Origin: Lama guanicoe
Taxonomy: Eukaryota
Direction of reading: 5' to 3'
DNA length: 64,000 bases
Assembly: GCA_013239625.1 (NCBI GenBank)
Contig: MU054212.1
Span: 3,997,922 to 4,061,921, forward strand
Of the stretch, positions 1 to 16,949 are shown piece by piece; within the stretch, counting starts at the first letter, position 1; each line of letters opens with the position of its first letter. The position numbers were made by a program, and so were the translations under genes. Below the pieces are notes generated by a model. It was not told the origin of the DNA and searched no databases. It worked only from the letters and a program-made list of their open reading frames with translations.

Positions 1-4186
<4,186 letters not shown>

Positions 4187-4535
4187 TCAGAATGGTTACA
4201 ATTAGAATCTAGAGGGCAAAGGGTTAATCTTTTCTGATAACTGGAGGAGGAGAAACAAATCCCGCTTGTCTTGTCCAGTAAAACTGAAATAATACACATT
4301 CTAGGCCCTTCTAAGGACCAAACATTTCCATTAAAATGGTCATTGTGAATGAAGAACTCTCCAGTGAAACTGGGCTGATCTCAAGGATATTGACTTTTAT
4401 ATTCTCATCTAATTCTCTATGCAGTCTGTTTCAATATACCCTTTAATTAAAAAAACCAAAATCGCAGTATACTTACTGAAGGACATAGGGTGCTTTCTAC
4501 CAAGTAAAACCAGTCAATTGAAAGTATATATTTCT

Positions 4536-4854
4536 GTAGACTCATAGGCACAAAAAACAAACTGCTGGTTACCAAAGGGGAAAGGGGCGGGGGAAGGATA
4601 AATGAGGAATGTGGGATTAACAGAGACACACTACTGTATATAAAATAGATAAACAACAAGGACCTACTGTACAGCACAGGGAACTATATTCAATACCTTG
4701 TAACAACCTATAATGGAAAAGAATCTGAAAAAGAATATATATGTATATAACTGAATATATATATATGTATACATATATATATAACTGAATGACTATGCTG
4801 TACACCTGAAACTAACACGACATTGTAAATCAATTAAACTTCAATAAAAAAAAA
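4536..4854 (+). mobile_element. 5'-truncated L1 3' end (artiodactyl-type) with poly(A) and TSD
   Basis: Typical L1 3'UTR (aaacaacaaggacctactgtacagcacagggaactatattcaatacc...tacacctgaaactaacac...aataaa). Near-TSD gaaagtatatatttct (4520-4535) vs gaaagtacatattttt (4855-4870). Confidence 0.88.
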
Positions 4855-5559
4855 GAAAGTACATATTTTTCTAATCTGAATGGCAGGGATACATTAAAAT
4901 GTAAATAAAGATGACTACAATTATGTTTTCTTTTTAGACTTGAAAATCAGAAAGTCACTGTCTCTTGCCATCTTCCTTCCTCTCATCACACAGTTAACTG
5001 CCCAGTGTGTTTAAAACTTGATCATAGCCAGTGCCATCCACCGACCCCTCCGAGTTAATGTCCCTACTTCTTCCAGCCCTGCTGACATCATCGCGGGATG
5101 ATTAAGCCTCAGCAGAACTCATGCAGCATTTACATTAATTATAAAAATCTCTATCCTGCGTTGATGGGGATCCAAATATAGGAGGAAGAGAGTGGACAGA
5201 AGCTGCCCCAGGGAGGGGTTTCAACAGCTGCAGGGCCAGCCTGTGGAGCGGTCAGCACAGGCGAGGAGAACCCGGAACTGGGATGAAGGGGAAAGGGAGG
5301 CCCCAGAACAGAGACCTCAAGGCAGCTGCAGGAATGAAGCGACACAGGGCAGCTTCACAGCTGAACGACTACCTGGACGATGCATGGGGAGCATCACAGG
5401 TACTGAAGCTGCAAAACTCCAGACTGATCTAGTATTTTAACTGTTCTTTTCAGATCCGAGAAAAACAGGAAAAAAAGGACATTTGGACTTTTGTAAATAA
5501 TCTCAAAAACGTATTGGGAGCAACAGCAAGATATTAGGTCCGACCCATCAAATTAGTGA

Positions 5560-6420
5560 ACACTGTTGTCTGCTATGGGCAACAAAGGATTGTCTCAAGT
5601 CAAGGATGCAGAGCGACTAACCCTCTTCCAGCCCTCCTACACAGGTGTTAGTGGAAGCTGGTACAGTCACCTTGGAGTGTATTTTGGAAAATTTCAGTGA
5701 AGATGTAAGTGGACATCTACGGCAGGTATAGTCTAGGGAAGAAACTCTCCCCTAGGTGCCCCAGTGGACGGGTGCAGGAATCCTCACCACGGCATGATTA
5801 TAACCACAGGACCCAAAACTGCCTAAACACCCAACAACAGGAGAAACGGACTAATAGCTTTCCACTTAGCCAAAAAAAAAATAGTAATAAAGCATTAAAG
5901 TGGAAGAATTGGAGCTACATTTATCCACAGAGTTACATCTCAAAACAAAACAAACAAAAAGTCAGTTTAACTTCCACGTTAGACTGAAAGAGAAATTTAA
6001 TTACAAATCAACCTAGGCATGACTATTATTTTTAGTAAGTTCAGAAATCTATTTATATAACACTCCAACTTCAGACTGGTAACAAGGTACACTGCACGTG
6101 AAATCCTGCAAACAAAAACCAAAAATCCAAAGCAAGATGGATGACTGTTTTTAAATATAAAGTTTAAATTCAAAGGATAATATAATGTTATCGACACCTA
6201 CGTAGTTAAGAATGTAAAAATGAAGAAGGTAGTGATAAGCACCCAACTGAGGACAGTGCCTCCCCCAGGGGAGGGCGAGACAGGAAAAGCATCAGGAAGA
6301 ATCGTACAGGCGACTTTGATTTCATTTGTCATCACTCATTTCTTTCGAAAAGGATGTAAAGCAAACAGGGAAAAATGTGAAGATGTGCCTGGGCACATGC
6401 GTGCAAAGTAGATTATTCCC
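5560..6420 (+). mobile_element. Old L1M 3' remnants
   Basis: gtgttagtggaagctggtacagtcaccttggag; cctaaacacccaacaacaggagaaacggactaata; degenerate L1M 3'UTR. Confidence 0.5.
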
Positions 6421-7114
6421 TGCATACGCTGCACCCTCCAGAAAATATTTGAGGCTCACTGAAAAGTAAGAACTTGGGCTTCCAACCCCTGTCAAGTTCG
6501 GGACACTGGGCGATATTTTTGCTACTTGCCAGCTGCAGGCATCCAGGCCCTGAGCCTGGGCCTGGCACAGAGCAAATGCTTTTAGTTCTCTTTTAGCTAA
6601 TTGAAACAGACAAAGGGAAGTCCCAGCTCACCATATAAACTGGACCAGTGTGTTGTAAATCTCTGTCCCAACAATAGATTTTAGGGGCCTCTTTACCTCC
6701 AGTCCTCCCACCACGGAGGGGGGCCATGGTGGGCTTCCAACCCAGGGAGGCGGGGGGAAGAGAGCTCGGAGGGGCAGCTGGCCATAGGCAAATGAGGAGG
6801 CAGGCAGTGAACAGGGCCACTCTCCATCCCGGGTGGCCCGGTTAGGGCAGCGTGCACTTTTACAGGTGAGCTCCCGAAGGTCATCGAAGTCTAAAGACTA
6901 GAGAAAACCTGTCACCTTTAACTCCACTCCTAGTGTCTTGTTTTCCAGTGGATCTGCCCTCAGGGAGGGAACTAAGCAGTATCTTGCCCCCCAATCCAAA
7001 CCCACGGGAATGGGATGTCAAAGCCACGTCAAGTCCATCGGTAACGCTGCGAAGGTTCACTTCTGAGTTTTTGTCGACAACTTAACTCAGAAGACGAAAC
7101 TTCTGTCTCCCATG

Positions 7115-7426
7115 CATTGGGGTCCATGTCTCTTTTTGAGTTATAGTTTTATCCAGATATATGCCCAGGAGTGGGATTGCTGGATCATATGGTAAGCCTA
7201 GTTTTAGTTTTATGAGGAACTTCCATACTGTTTCCATAGTGGCTGCACCAATTTACACTCCCACCAGCAGCGTAGGAGGGTTCCTTTTTCTCCACACCCT
7301 CTCCAGCATTTATTATTTACAGACTTTTTAATGATGGCCGTTCTGACTGGTGTGAGGTGATACACCATTGTAGTTCTGATCTAATTTCTCTGATAATTAG
7401 CGATACTGAACACCTTTTCATGTGCC
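7115..7426 (-). mobile_element. Internal L1 ORF2 fragment (C-terminal Cys-rich region)
   Basis: Minus strand encodes, with frameshifts, HMKRCSVSLIIRE / [48 protein letters not shown] / LPYDPAIPLLGIY, which are hallmark L1 ORF2p motifs. Confidence 0.92.
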
Positions 7427-7429
7427 CCT

Positions 7430-7591
7430 TCTGGACACACTTCATTGTTGAAACTGGAAGAGGGGGCGCTACTGGCTTTTCGTGGCTAGAGGCCAGGGAT
7501 GCTGTCAGTCACCACACAATGCCCGGGACACCCCCATCACAGAGAATTAGCCAGCCTCAAATGTCAACAGGACCAAGGGTGGGGAACCCTG
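7430..7591 (+). mobile_element. MER20 (hAT-Charlie) DNA transposon, 5'-truncated
   Basis: gctactggc...gtggctagaggccagggatgctg...agaattagccagcctcaaatgtcaacag...gaaccctg resembles the MER20 consensus as recalled. Confidence 0.8.
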
Positions 7592-7876
7592 CTCCACAGC
7601 AGGAAAATGAGTGACCACTATCTTTAACACCCCCAGCAGTGGGAAGTTCACTATCTACTCCAACAGCCCACAAAATTCTTACTGAAACAGCCTCCTTTTC
7701 AGAACGCCCAAAGCCAGCCCCTTGGCTTCCCTCCCCTCCCCACCTCTGACACTGACTGATCACTCTGCAGGGCCCAGGAGGTTCCAGAAGTTCAAGGAGA
7801 GGAAAACTCATCTCAAAAGTTCCCTGTACAAGGAAGGGCTGTGAATCACATGCATTTTCCTGATACTGGAGTGATG

Positions 7877-8162
7877 CAGGGGTCAACACATGCATATTTG
7901 AGGCTTTTCAGGCCATGGGATCTCCACAGAACCTACTCAGCTCTGCTATCATAGTGTAAAAGCGGTTAATCAGCAAATGAATTAAACATGTCTCTGTTCA
8001 TTCAAATAAAACTTCATTCATGGACACCAAAATTGGAATCTCATGTAATTTGCAAGTGTCGAAAAATATTCTTCTTATGATTTTTTAAAAAGCATTTTAA
8101 AATGTGAAAATACTCTTGGCTGTACAAAATCAGGCATCAAGACCAAAGTTTGCAGATCCCTG
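7877..8162 (+). mobile_element. MER58B-like hAT element
   Basis: Termini caggggtcaaca ... gtttgcagatccctg (degenerate TIRs); internal actcagctctgctatcatagtgtaaaagc and caaataaaacttcattcatggacacc. Confidence 0.75.
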
Positions 8163-9519
8163 GAATAGGAAGGATGCTCAGCTTTATAAAGCATCACCAT
8201 CTCGTTTCTTTCTCACACTAGCCTCCTGGGGGGAGTGAAATTATCCACATTTTATAAATGAGCAAATAGGCTCTCCCTTAGAGGTGAATACCCAAGACCT
8301 TACCTCCAGGAAAAGGAAGAGGCAAGATTCTCACCCTAGAGTCTTGCCAAGCACAACGAGTAATTACAGTTCTTTGAAGAAACATGCACTGAGTGTCCGC
8401 TTGCCACAAGAAACAGAATAAGACACAGCCCTGCCCTGAAGAAGTTCAAAGCTTAAAGTGAGAGCAAGACAGAGATGATTTCAACGGAAAGCAGTAAGAG
8501 AGAGGGAGAGATGCGGGGGGGCGTGAGGAGAGCCCAGGGCAGGGGTCTGGGGGCCGCCCAGGCAGAGTCCAGAGCAGCCGGGCAGTGGGGGGGGGGGGGG
8601 AAGCCGTCTGGGCGGTCACTGCTTGAGCCAGAACAAGGCGGCAAGAAACAGCGTCCTGCCTGGGGAATTACAATGAGTTCGGTGTCCCTGGAGTCCAAGA
8701 AGCAAGGCAGGGAGTCAAGAGTTGAAGCCGGAGAGTTAGATGGGGTTAGATCATAGATGGTGGGGGGCCTGGGGCTATCCCGTTGGCTGTGAGGAGCCAG
8801 GCACAGATTTTAAGCACCGGCAGATTGTGTTTGATAGAGAATTCTCTGATGCTTCGTGGGAAATGTGTGTGTGTGTCGGCGGGGGCAAAAACAAGTGACA
8901 TACGGGGGACAAGTTAGGGCACAGACTGGAATCAGGCAGGGGCTGCAGGAATGGGGAAGGGGCGATTGTATCAATATGCAGGCAGTTAAAACTGATTGAC
9001 AGGGCTCGGGGAGGGCAGGGGCTCTGAGTGGAAGGGAAGGAGGGAGGAGTGGGGGAGGAGGTCCTGCCCTCCCCCGGGTTTCCAGCTGAGTGACCGTGGA
9101 CATGAGTGGCACCAACTAAGAAAGATAATCGCAGAATGATAACGCCAGGCGCAAAGTGCTAAAGCAGCAGAACGGTATGATAAATCTGCCTGTAGGAATC
9201 AAAGAAGACTCCATCGCTGCAGTGACATTTAGGCTCTGTCTTTAGAGATGATTAAAAATTTGCCAGGAGAAAGAGGAGGAAGCGGAAAAGGGCATTCCAG
9301 GCAAAAGGTGCAGCGGAGACAAAGGCCCTGTTGATTTATATTGAGCGTGTGGTGCACCCAAACAACCCAGGTCTTTCTTAGCCAGGCAACTGTGAAGTCG
9401 TGGCTTCCAGATCTTTGCCCTGATTTGGGGCCCCGAGTCGGGGGGAGGGGGTAGCAATCACTTGACCCTCCAAGATTTGATATTGATAAATCAATAATTC
9501 TGTGCAGGAATTTGCAGTC

Positions 9520-9735
9520 CAGGCTTTCAACACGTCAGGATGCCTGAGTCTGACTCCTGCCCACCACTTTCTATCTGTGAGACCTCAGAGAAGTCCCCGT
9601 TCCCCAGCGTGTACAGTATGTGTAATGAGATCGCTCCCCCTCACGGGGGGGGGTGAGGATTAAACAAGATCACGCATGAAAAACACTGAGAACAGCGTCT
9701 GGCACATGGTTATTCAATGTATTAGCCGTTAGTAA
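9520..9735 (+). mobile_element. MIR SINE
   Basis: tgcctgagtctgactcctgcccaccacttt...gtgaggattaaacaagat...gaacagcgtctggcacatggt. Confidence 0.65.
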
Positions 9736-9797
9736 CAATCCTATTAATACTATCATGACAGCATGAATCGACCTCCTGGAATGTCTGTTCGTCAGCC

Positions 9798-9945
9798 CAG
9801 TAGTTCCCAAACTGGCTCAGCAGAGCAAGTAATCTGGGACATTTGTCAAAAATTTGGATTCTTGGATCCCAACTCAAGACTCACTAAAACAGAATCTCAA
9901 GAGATGTGGGGGATGAATCCACATATTTAACAACTACTGGTGCAC
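9798..9945. mobile_element. MER5-family fragment
   Basis: cagtagttcccaaactggc...gacatttgtcaaaaat...cagaatctcaagagatgtgg...catatttaacaa. Confidence 0.55.
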
Positions 9946-11094
9946 CATTGCGTGTGCACATATCCAACCCAGAATCTCCATCTCCCCAAACCTTGCTGAA
10001 CTCCAGACATAGCACATACCTATCTTTCTGCCTTCGGGTCTTCAAGGTGAACAACTTTGCAACAAAAGGAACAAAGAAACAACTTTTTTTTTTCCTGTTC
10101 TGAACAATTCCATGCCATCTCCTAGCTCCTGTGTACATCTGAAAATGAAAATTGCAAGCCAACCTTTCCTCATTACTGCTTGGAGAATTCTGCCCCAGGT
10201 CAGCATGGGGCTGTCTATTCCTTTGTTTGAACACCACATCCTCTGGATTTTGCTTTTCTTTTGGGACATTATTCCATCCCCAGTCCTTTAGTAATCCCCC
10301 TGCTCTCCACCATCCTTCCGAGATGCAAGCAGTCTGCAAGTCCTCCCAGCCCACCAGGATGAAGTCCCCGCTGGCCAGAGGATCTGAACTCATTTCGTGC
10401 AGCTCTGGGCGCTCACACAAACAGCTCACCTATCTTGAGTTTCAATTTCCTCTTACAAGTATTTGCTCTCCTCTTCCCAGGCTGAAGATCGACCTCCTTG
10501 TCTAAAAAGGACAGACGTGTAATAGGAGTTGAGGAGTTCTGCCTGCTTGTTAGTTTGAGCCTATCTGTTCCAGTTCTGAACTCGCAGGGACACCGCTTTT
10601 TGTTCTCAGTATAATTTTTCCGAAGCCTCAAGACCATGCACTTCCAAGCCCTGAGTCCACTGCTCTCTTAGGGTCCCGCTGTCGTGGTGATTTTTTATAG
10701 TCGTCCTTGGTCACTGGCTCTGCTGTCCAACTTCCCCCCAAGTCGCGCCTAAATCCAAGCTCTTAAATATCCCACTGAAGCCACAGAGGACCCTCCCAGC
10801 CCCCCGTCTCTTCCTCTTCTTCCTGATCAAGATCACCGATCATTACTGCCTCAGAACTTCACATTGGAAAGCAGCTTGAACCTAATGGAGTCTTTCTCTT
10901 CTCTTTTTGCTCAGAAGACTGCTCACCTAAAACCTAAGATCACTTCCTTTTTCCTCTTCCACATAGTCTATGGTCGGAATCTGGTTAACAACTGAAGTAC
11001 AGAGAAGTAAATTATCAAATGCAGTCCACCAACGTAGAAACCTCTTTTTACTTTATATGTCTGTTTCCCTTCTTCTTGATAGAAATAAAGACAA

Positions 11095-11320
11095 GAATGT
11101 GTTCAGACTGAGGCCTCTGTGCAAACCTGCTGAAGTTCAAATCCTGTCTCCATTCCTACCATCTATGTGACCTTGACAAGCTTCACTTCATCTGTGCCTC
11201 AGCCTCTTCCTTAATAATATCACCAACCATAATAATAACTACTGGCCTCATAGGATTGCTGTGAAGCATATAAAGGGCTTAAAAATAATACCTGATTCAC
11301 CACAAATATTAGCCATTGTT
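11095..11320 (+). mobile_element. MIR SINE
   Basis: gttcaaatcctgtctcc...tatgtgaccttgacaagc...tctgtgcctcagcctc...cctcataggattgctgtgaag. Confidence 0.7.
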
Positions 11321-12834
11321 ACGATATAGTTGTTCTGTGGTGAAGACTTATCTCTTCGCTACATGAATACTGGAGAAACAGTTTTAAAGTATTTTGTGAA
11401 ATAGGAATACTGACAAGAAACCAAGGAGACCAAGAGAAACTCATTCATAAAACATGTACAAAAGAAAACAAGTGAAATTCCTTCCATTATCTGTGATTTG
11501 TTGGGGGGGGAGTGGCCATAGAGGAAGGGGGGGTGTTACAGCCGTGATAATACTTTTATTATGCACTTCTGTCTTCTAGACAATGTAAGTAAAAATAAAT
11601 AATTACTGAAGACATTTTTAAAGGGGTTGGTGGGGTACATGGTAATAGAATCACAGAACTGTTCAAGCCCAATTCTGCGTGACTAATTTTTTTTTAACTT
11701 TTTTTTAATCCTGTTTTTTTTAATCCCTGTACAATTACATTTGCCAGATTCGTTACATTTCACAGGATTCCGCCCGTGATGTGGGAGGCCACGTTAAGAA
11801 GATTATTCGAGAGCTAGTGCTACTCTTTAGAGATTTTTCTCTGTGTCAGTCATGCCACTGATGACACTTTGGATTTCATATCCTTTGAAACATGCTTCAA
11901 GTGTGCAGAAGTTCAACCCTGAACTTGGATGTTTTTTGTTTCGTCATGTACCATCCTGGAGGGAGAGCACAGCATTGTGAGTGGGTTCTTGAACCCTTCC
12001 TTGCCTGCGTGATACAATCTAGACCAGTTTAGGTGCGAAGAATACTGGACAGAGGCCACACACCGCCCCCTGTGACCCATCTTGTGATTTCCATCTATAT
12101 TTCAACTCCATTATTAGTATGGGTCCTTGACTATCCCGAGGATCAGTACTTTTATTTTTTCTGATTTTCATTTATTTTAATCAAGGAATGACAAAGAGAA
12201 TAGTCGAATAACAGTGTCAATGCTAGCCCAGGCACGGGACAAGTGTACTGAAATTGAGCTCCGAGCTAGAAGACAGCTTGATAGACAAAAATCTGAGTGC
12301 TCATCCGAGATGTGGTTTACAGAGTCGACTTCTCAGGAGCTGGACCTGTCAAACCCTAGGACCATATACAAACAGGCATCAAAGAAGGTCCACAGAGATC
12401 TTCGCAGTCCCCGATCTCTTCAGCTCACGTGAGGGGAGGCTGCCTAGGCATCAAGGCTTTGTCGGATGTCTATCCCAAAAGACATACAGTTTACCAACAA
12501 GTGCCCTGGATGCCTAATGTCAGGACAGCAACACTACAGCTCCAGGTTGACTCAGCTTGTAAAAGTGTAACACAATCAGGGAGACAGTGGCCCAGGCAGT
12601 TACGCAATTAAACCGCCACTGAAAGTTCCAGAAGTGCCCAGGGCAACTCCAGGAGATGTGGCCAATCCTGCCTTCCATTGATGTTGCCCCGTCAACTCAT
12701 TACACTTAGCAGAGACGGCAACATGCTCATACACAATGTTCAAAATTTCATCGAGTGGTAGAGGACGTAGCATCAGATTGTGTCTGTAATCATCTTGGGA
12801 ATTTCTTTGACTAAATACACTGAGTATTGGTGAT

Positions 12835-13065
12835 GGCTAGTATTTATCGAGTGCCTAGCAGGCGCCTGGAACGGTGCTACAATGCTTTCCATGAATACAT
12901 CTTAACAATCCTCACAAAAACTTAACGAGCTGGGTACTATTACTAGTGCTATTTTGCAGGCAAGGACGCAAACTGAAAGGAAATTGCCCCAGATCATTTA
13001 GCTAGTCAATTTAAGGATGATATTCAAACCTATACCAAAAGGCTTTGGGGACCACCCTTAACTAC
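12835..13065 (-). mobile_element. MIR SINE
   Basis: tatttatcgagtgcctag...aatcctcacaaaaac...gggtactattact...ttgccccagatcatttagctagt. Confidence 0.65.
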
Positions 13066-13318
13066 TGCGTGATCACACACACACACACAAAATCAGGAAG
13101 CATACGCAGGCAGTGGCTAAGGGCTGGAAATTGTCCTATATGAATTATGACCAAGAGACAAATCCACCTGCTGCCATTGTGAACTTTTTCCTAAAATATG
13201 ATTCTCAAATATGACTGTGATATATGTGAACAGAGCAATTTCAATGTTTCTGTTCACTGTGGGAAAAAAAATGAAGAGGAAAAGACATCCAGTCAAACTT
13301 TTATAAACATCTTGTTTT

Positions 13319-13422
13319 GTTTTTCTGTTTGTTTTTGTTTTTAATGGAGGTATTGGGGTTTGAAGCAAGGACCTCCTGAATGCTAAGCATGTGCTCTACC
13401 ACTGAGCTATTTCCCTCCCCCT
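13319..13422 (-). mobile_element. tRNA-Ala-derived camelid-type SINE (Vic-like) with 12-bp TSD
   Basis: Reverse complement reads ggggagggaaatagctcagtggtagagcacatgcttagcattcaggaggtccttgcttcaaaccccaatacctcca plus an A-rich tail. TSD acatcttgtttt at 13307-13318 and 13423-13434. Confidence 0.9.
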
Positions 13423-14186
13423 ACATCTTGTTTTTCAAGTCACCCAAATCTCTCCCCCTACCCTCAACCAATGTCAAACTCTTCTAAAAACACACATGGA
13501 AAATTATCAGTAAATACCTATCACGGCGAGGATATTAATTTTCAGTAGGTGATATGGGTGAGGGCAGAATGACAGTCTGTAACAGACTCTTCGTACACTG
13601 TCTATACCCCAGACTCCCTGGACTTCATGTACAATTAGGTCTGTTACATAAAACCTGGAGCATGGTCTCACTTTTTAAAAATGGTTACTGACGTTCCCAG
13701 TCCCTGCAACTCTGATTTAATTTGAAGAGCTGGCTATAGTGATGATTTATCTAATTTTCAGTCCCTGATAAGATAAACCCACCCAGATTATACCATTGTT
13801 CTCATGAGAAAATCACAGTCACACCACAGCTTCCAGAAAAGTGTTGCATTGAAGAAGGCTCTGTTAATAACAACGTCGGAGGTCAAAGTCATCCCGCACC
13901 CTGCTCCCTCGGCAGCACCCTGCCCGGCCGCGTTCTAGCAGGTTAAGCGGTGAAGAAGCAAACCCACCAGGCCTGCGTGCTAACATCACCAGTTTCTGTT
14001 TCAACTTGGGGGCGGAAGACTAGCACTTTCCCACCCTTGGTCATCATGAGTGGTTTACGTCTGGCCTTTGGACAATTTCAATAGCCTGTGGGGGGCGGGG
14101 GTGCTTCTTGCCATCCTGTGGATGGAACTCTGCTCATTCAAATACTCACACCTGTTTCCTTCTGAGCATCAGTCATACTCTGAATG

Positions 14187-14706
14187 GCCGTTCTCAAAGT
14201 GTGGTTTCGGGACCCCAGTGGGTCCCCAAGACCTTTCCAGGGGAACTGAAAAGGCAAAAACTATTTCCATCGTAGAACAACACTGTTTTCCTCGTCACCC
14301 CCACTCTCTCACGAGGGTAAAGAGGAGTTTTCCAAAGGGCAGGTGATGTGTGACACCTTCAGAGAGTAAATGCAGAAGCAGACACAGGACACCAACTGGA
14401 CACCAACTATCTTCTACCATCTTCTGAGATTTGCAAAAGTGTAACAGCCCAACGCTACTCTTCCCACTACTTTCATTATTGTTTTGGAAAATACAGCTAT
14501 TTTTCATAAAAATTGGTATTTGTGTTACACATGTAATGCATTTAATATTTTTAAATGAATTAAACAAATACCATATAATTTTCTCAGTTTAATTTCAAAT
14601 ATGCTCAAGAACGACAAAGATTACCCACATTCTAAAGGCTCATTAGGGTACCTGATGATTGTCCAGTCTAAAAGGGTCCTGAGACCAAGAAACGTGTGAC
14701 CTGCTG
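14187..14706 (+). mobile_element. Charlie4a-like hAT DNA transposon
   Basis: Starts gttctcaaagtgtggtttcgggaccccagtgggtccccaagacc and ends aaagggtcctgagaccaagaaacgtgtgacctgctg, matching recalled Charlie4a ends. Confidence 0.7.
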
Positions 14707-15173
14707 CCCTAGCGAGAAGGGGGATGGACTGAGCTCATCAGAAGGCTGAATTTGGAAGAACAATCTGGGCCGCTGGTGCCCAGCGCTGTCCCCTACTCCT
14801 CCCACCTGAGTCGCAGGCCCACAGAAAACAAGCGTGGTGATCTCATTTTCCACGCTGGGAGCTGACGCGGCCCGTGCAGCATCTGGCGGGGGGCGGGGCC
14901 GGGGGTCCAGCCCTGCCTGCCGCGGAGTGAGCTCCCAGGTGGAATCCCGGGGTTTCTGCGTTAGCCAGAGACGAGCCCGGGGAGAAGGGCCACGCCCTGC
15001 TGCCCAGACCTTATCAGAACCCTGGGGATATTTTCCTTTCCTAACTGTTGACTCCGTCTGGCTTCTATTTCACTCCGTTCAGAACTTGGTTCAGGGAGGA
15101 GAGGTCCCATTTACTGGGCCCCTTCAGAGACTTCCGCATGTGCTGTACTAACTGGAGACCTTGAGGAATGATA

Positions 15174-15208
15174 AAAACAAAACAAAACAAAACAAAACAA
15201 AACAAAAC
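15174..15208. repeat. (AAAAC)7 microsatellite
   Basis: Read directly. Confidence 0.95.
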
Positions 15209-16060
15209 CCGGTGTTGGGGAACAAAACAGTCACAGTACTGGGGCTCCAGGCAGGGGAGAAGGGGTGCTTTTTCCTGGGGTGCTGACTGTGTTTTAACTT
15301 GGTGGTTTGCAGCCTGGATTGTGCATTGCGGTGGGTTTTGATCGTTGGGCAGGTAGCTTTTAACATCAAGAGGCTTTAATTCCTAAACCACAGGGTATTT
15401 TGATCTTGATGTGTGACCACAGCTTAGGGTGGTTATTCTCCAGGAAGGGGGCTGTTTACAGAGGTCGGGCCCAGAACAAAGACAGTGGAGCTCAGGAAAG
15501 GCTGCTGGCCAGGGATCTCGGGAGAGAGGCAGGACACACGTGACCTCAGGCAAATGGTGAAGACTCTGGGGCGAGGGCTGTAGCAGCCTGGCCTTGGTGA
15601 AGGTCTGAGGCAGCTCAGGACTCCTGGGGGTGCCTGTGACCCCAGGCCTAAGTGAGGAGAGACAGATGAGGCCCAGGAAAAGGCGGATTATTTCAACATC
15701 TACTAGTGAGCAGAACAATATTTGCTATTTTTAATCGACAGTGAATTCAAGAGCCCTGTGTGGCTCTCACTTTAAATTATTAATGACAGGGTTACGAGGG
15801 CAGCACCGGATTGTCTGCCTCTAATTCTGCTCTGCATTCAGAGCCAAAGGAAGACACATCTCGGCTTCTCATACCCTGACCAAGGTTTCAGGGGTCAGCC
15901 TCCACCAGGCGATCTGGACTGGTCTCTACACAGTAAGGAGAAATCCTCCCCTGCCGACGGCCTGTTTTGGGCAAAGCAACCCCACAGCAAGTGGGAAGAG
16001 ACTGAAAACACTTGCTCCCAAGACAGTGTGTCCCGCAGCCACCCACCCAGTGGAGCCCAC

Positions 16061-16096
16061 GCCGGTGCCGGTGCCGGTGCCAGTGCCGGTGCCAGC
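16061..16096. repeat. (GCCGGT)6 imperfect hexamer repeat
   Basis: gccggt x3, gccagt, gccggt, gccagc. Confidence 0.95.
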
Positions 16097-16646
16097 GGCG
16101 GGCCAACAGTCTCAAGGGGCTCCCAGGGAAGGCCACGCAGGAGGTTTGAATGCGCTGGTTGCAAATCCAAGCTCATCAGGGCGAGGCTCCCGGCGGGAGG
16201 TTCAACTCTGCACTGAGTATTTACCTGGGGGGAGGGGACCCACTTGTGCCTTCAGGGACTTTGTTCAGAAAGCTGGCATTTGAGAGCCTGCCACCCGTGT
16301 CTGAGCTTCAGAAGGACCCCTGGTGGCAATCCCCACCCTTCTGGAGCTGCCCTTCCTTCTCGTACAGCACAGTCAGTCTCTGTAAATCTTCATCTCCCCT
16401 TTGAACTCTGTGTTTAGTTCAAAGGTCACAGATTATAGACAAGCGGCTTAGCCCAGCTAACATTCAGGAAAGGCTCGACCAGGGAGGGTTCTCTCCACCC
16501 ACTGTGAGTCCTTCCTCAGATACCACCGGCTCCCCATCATGGTCTTTGCGACGTTCAAGGACAGGCTCTGGGGTCATAATTCTGCCTAGGAAAACTCTCC
16601 TAGGATCAGGATTGGTTTGCTTTCCAACTCTGTATACTGCACGACC

Positions 16647-16949
16647 ACGGGCATCCCTGGCTTTACTGCACTTCGCCGATACTACGCTTTTTACAAGTTG
16701 AAGGTTTGCGGCCAACCCGCATTGTCAGAAGACTGTGAGCACCTTTCAGCAATAAAATATTTTTCAATTAAGGTGTGTACAGAGATTTGTAGACATAATG
16801 CTATTGCACACTTTACAGATCACAGTGTAGTGTAAACATAATTTTTACATGCACTCAGATACCAAAAACTCTGTGACTCCATTTACCATGATATTTTCTT
16901 TATCGCAGTGCCCTGGAGCCGAACTCGCGACATCTCTGCGGTGCGCCTC
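16647..16949 (+). mobile_element. Internally deleted Tigger1-type (TcMar) element
   Basis: Tigger1 left end (ggcatccctggctttactgcacttcgccgatact...ttgaaggtttgcggc) joined to right end (tttatcgcagtgccctggagccgaactcgcgacatctctgcggtgcgcct). Confidence 0.8.

Noticed and set aside
4843..4848. L1 AATAAA as a premature CDH2 poly(A) site
   Set aside because: It is on the plus strand, antisense to CDH2.
9884..10429. 181-aa minus-strand ORF
   Set aside because: No recognisable domain; overlaps MER5/L2-like remnants; composition looks non-coding.
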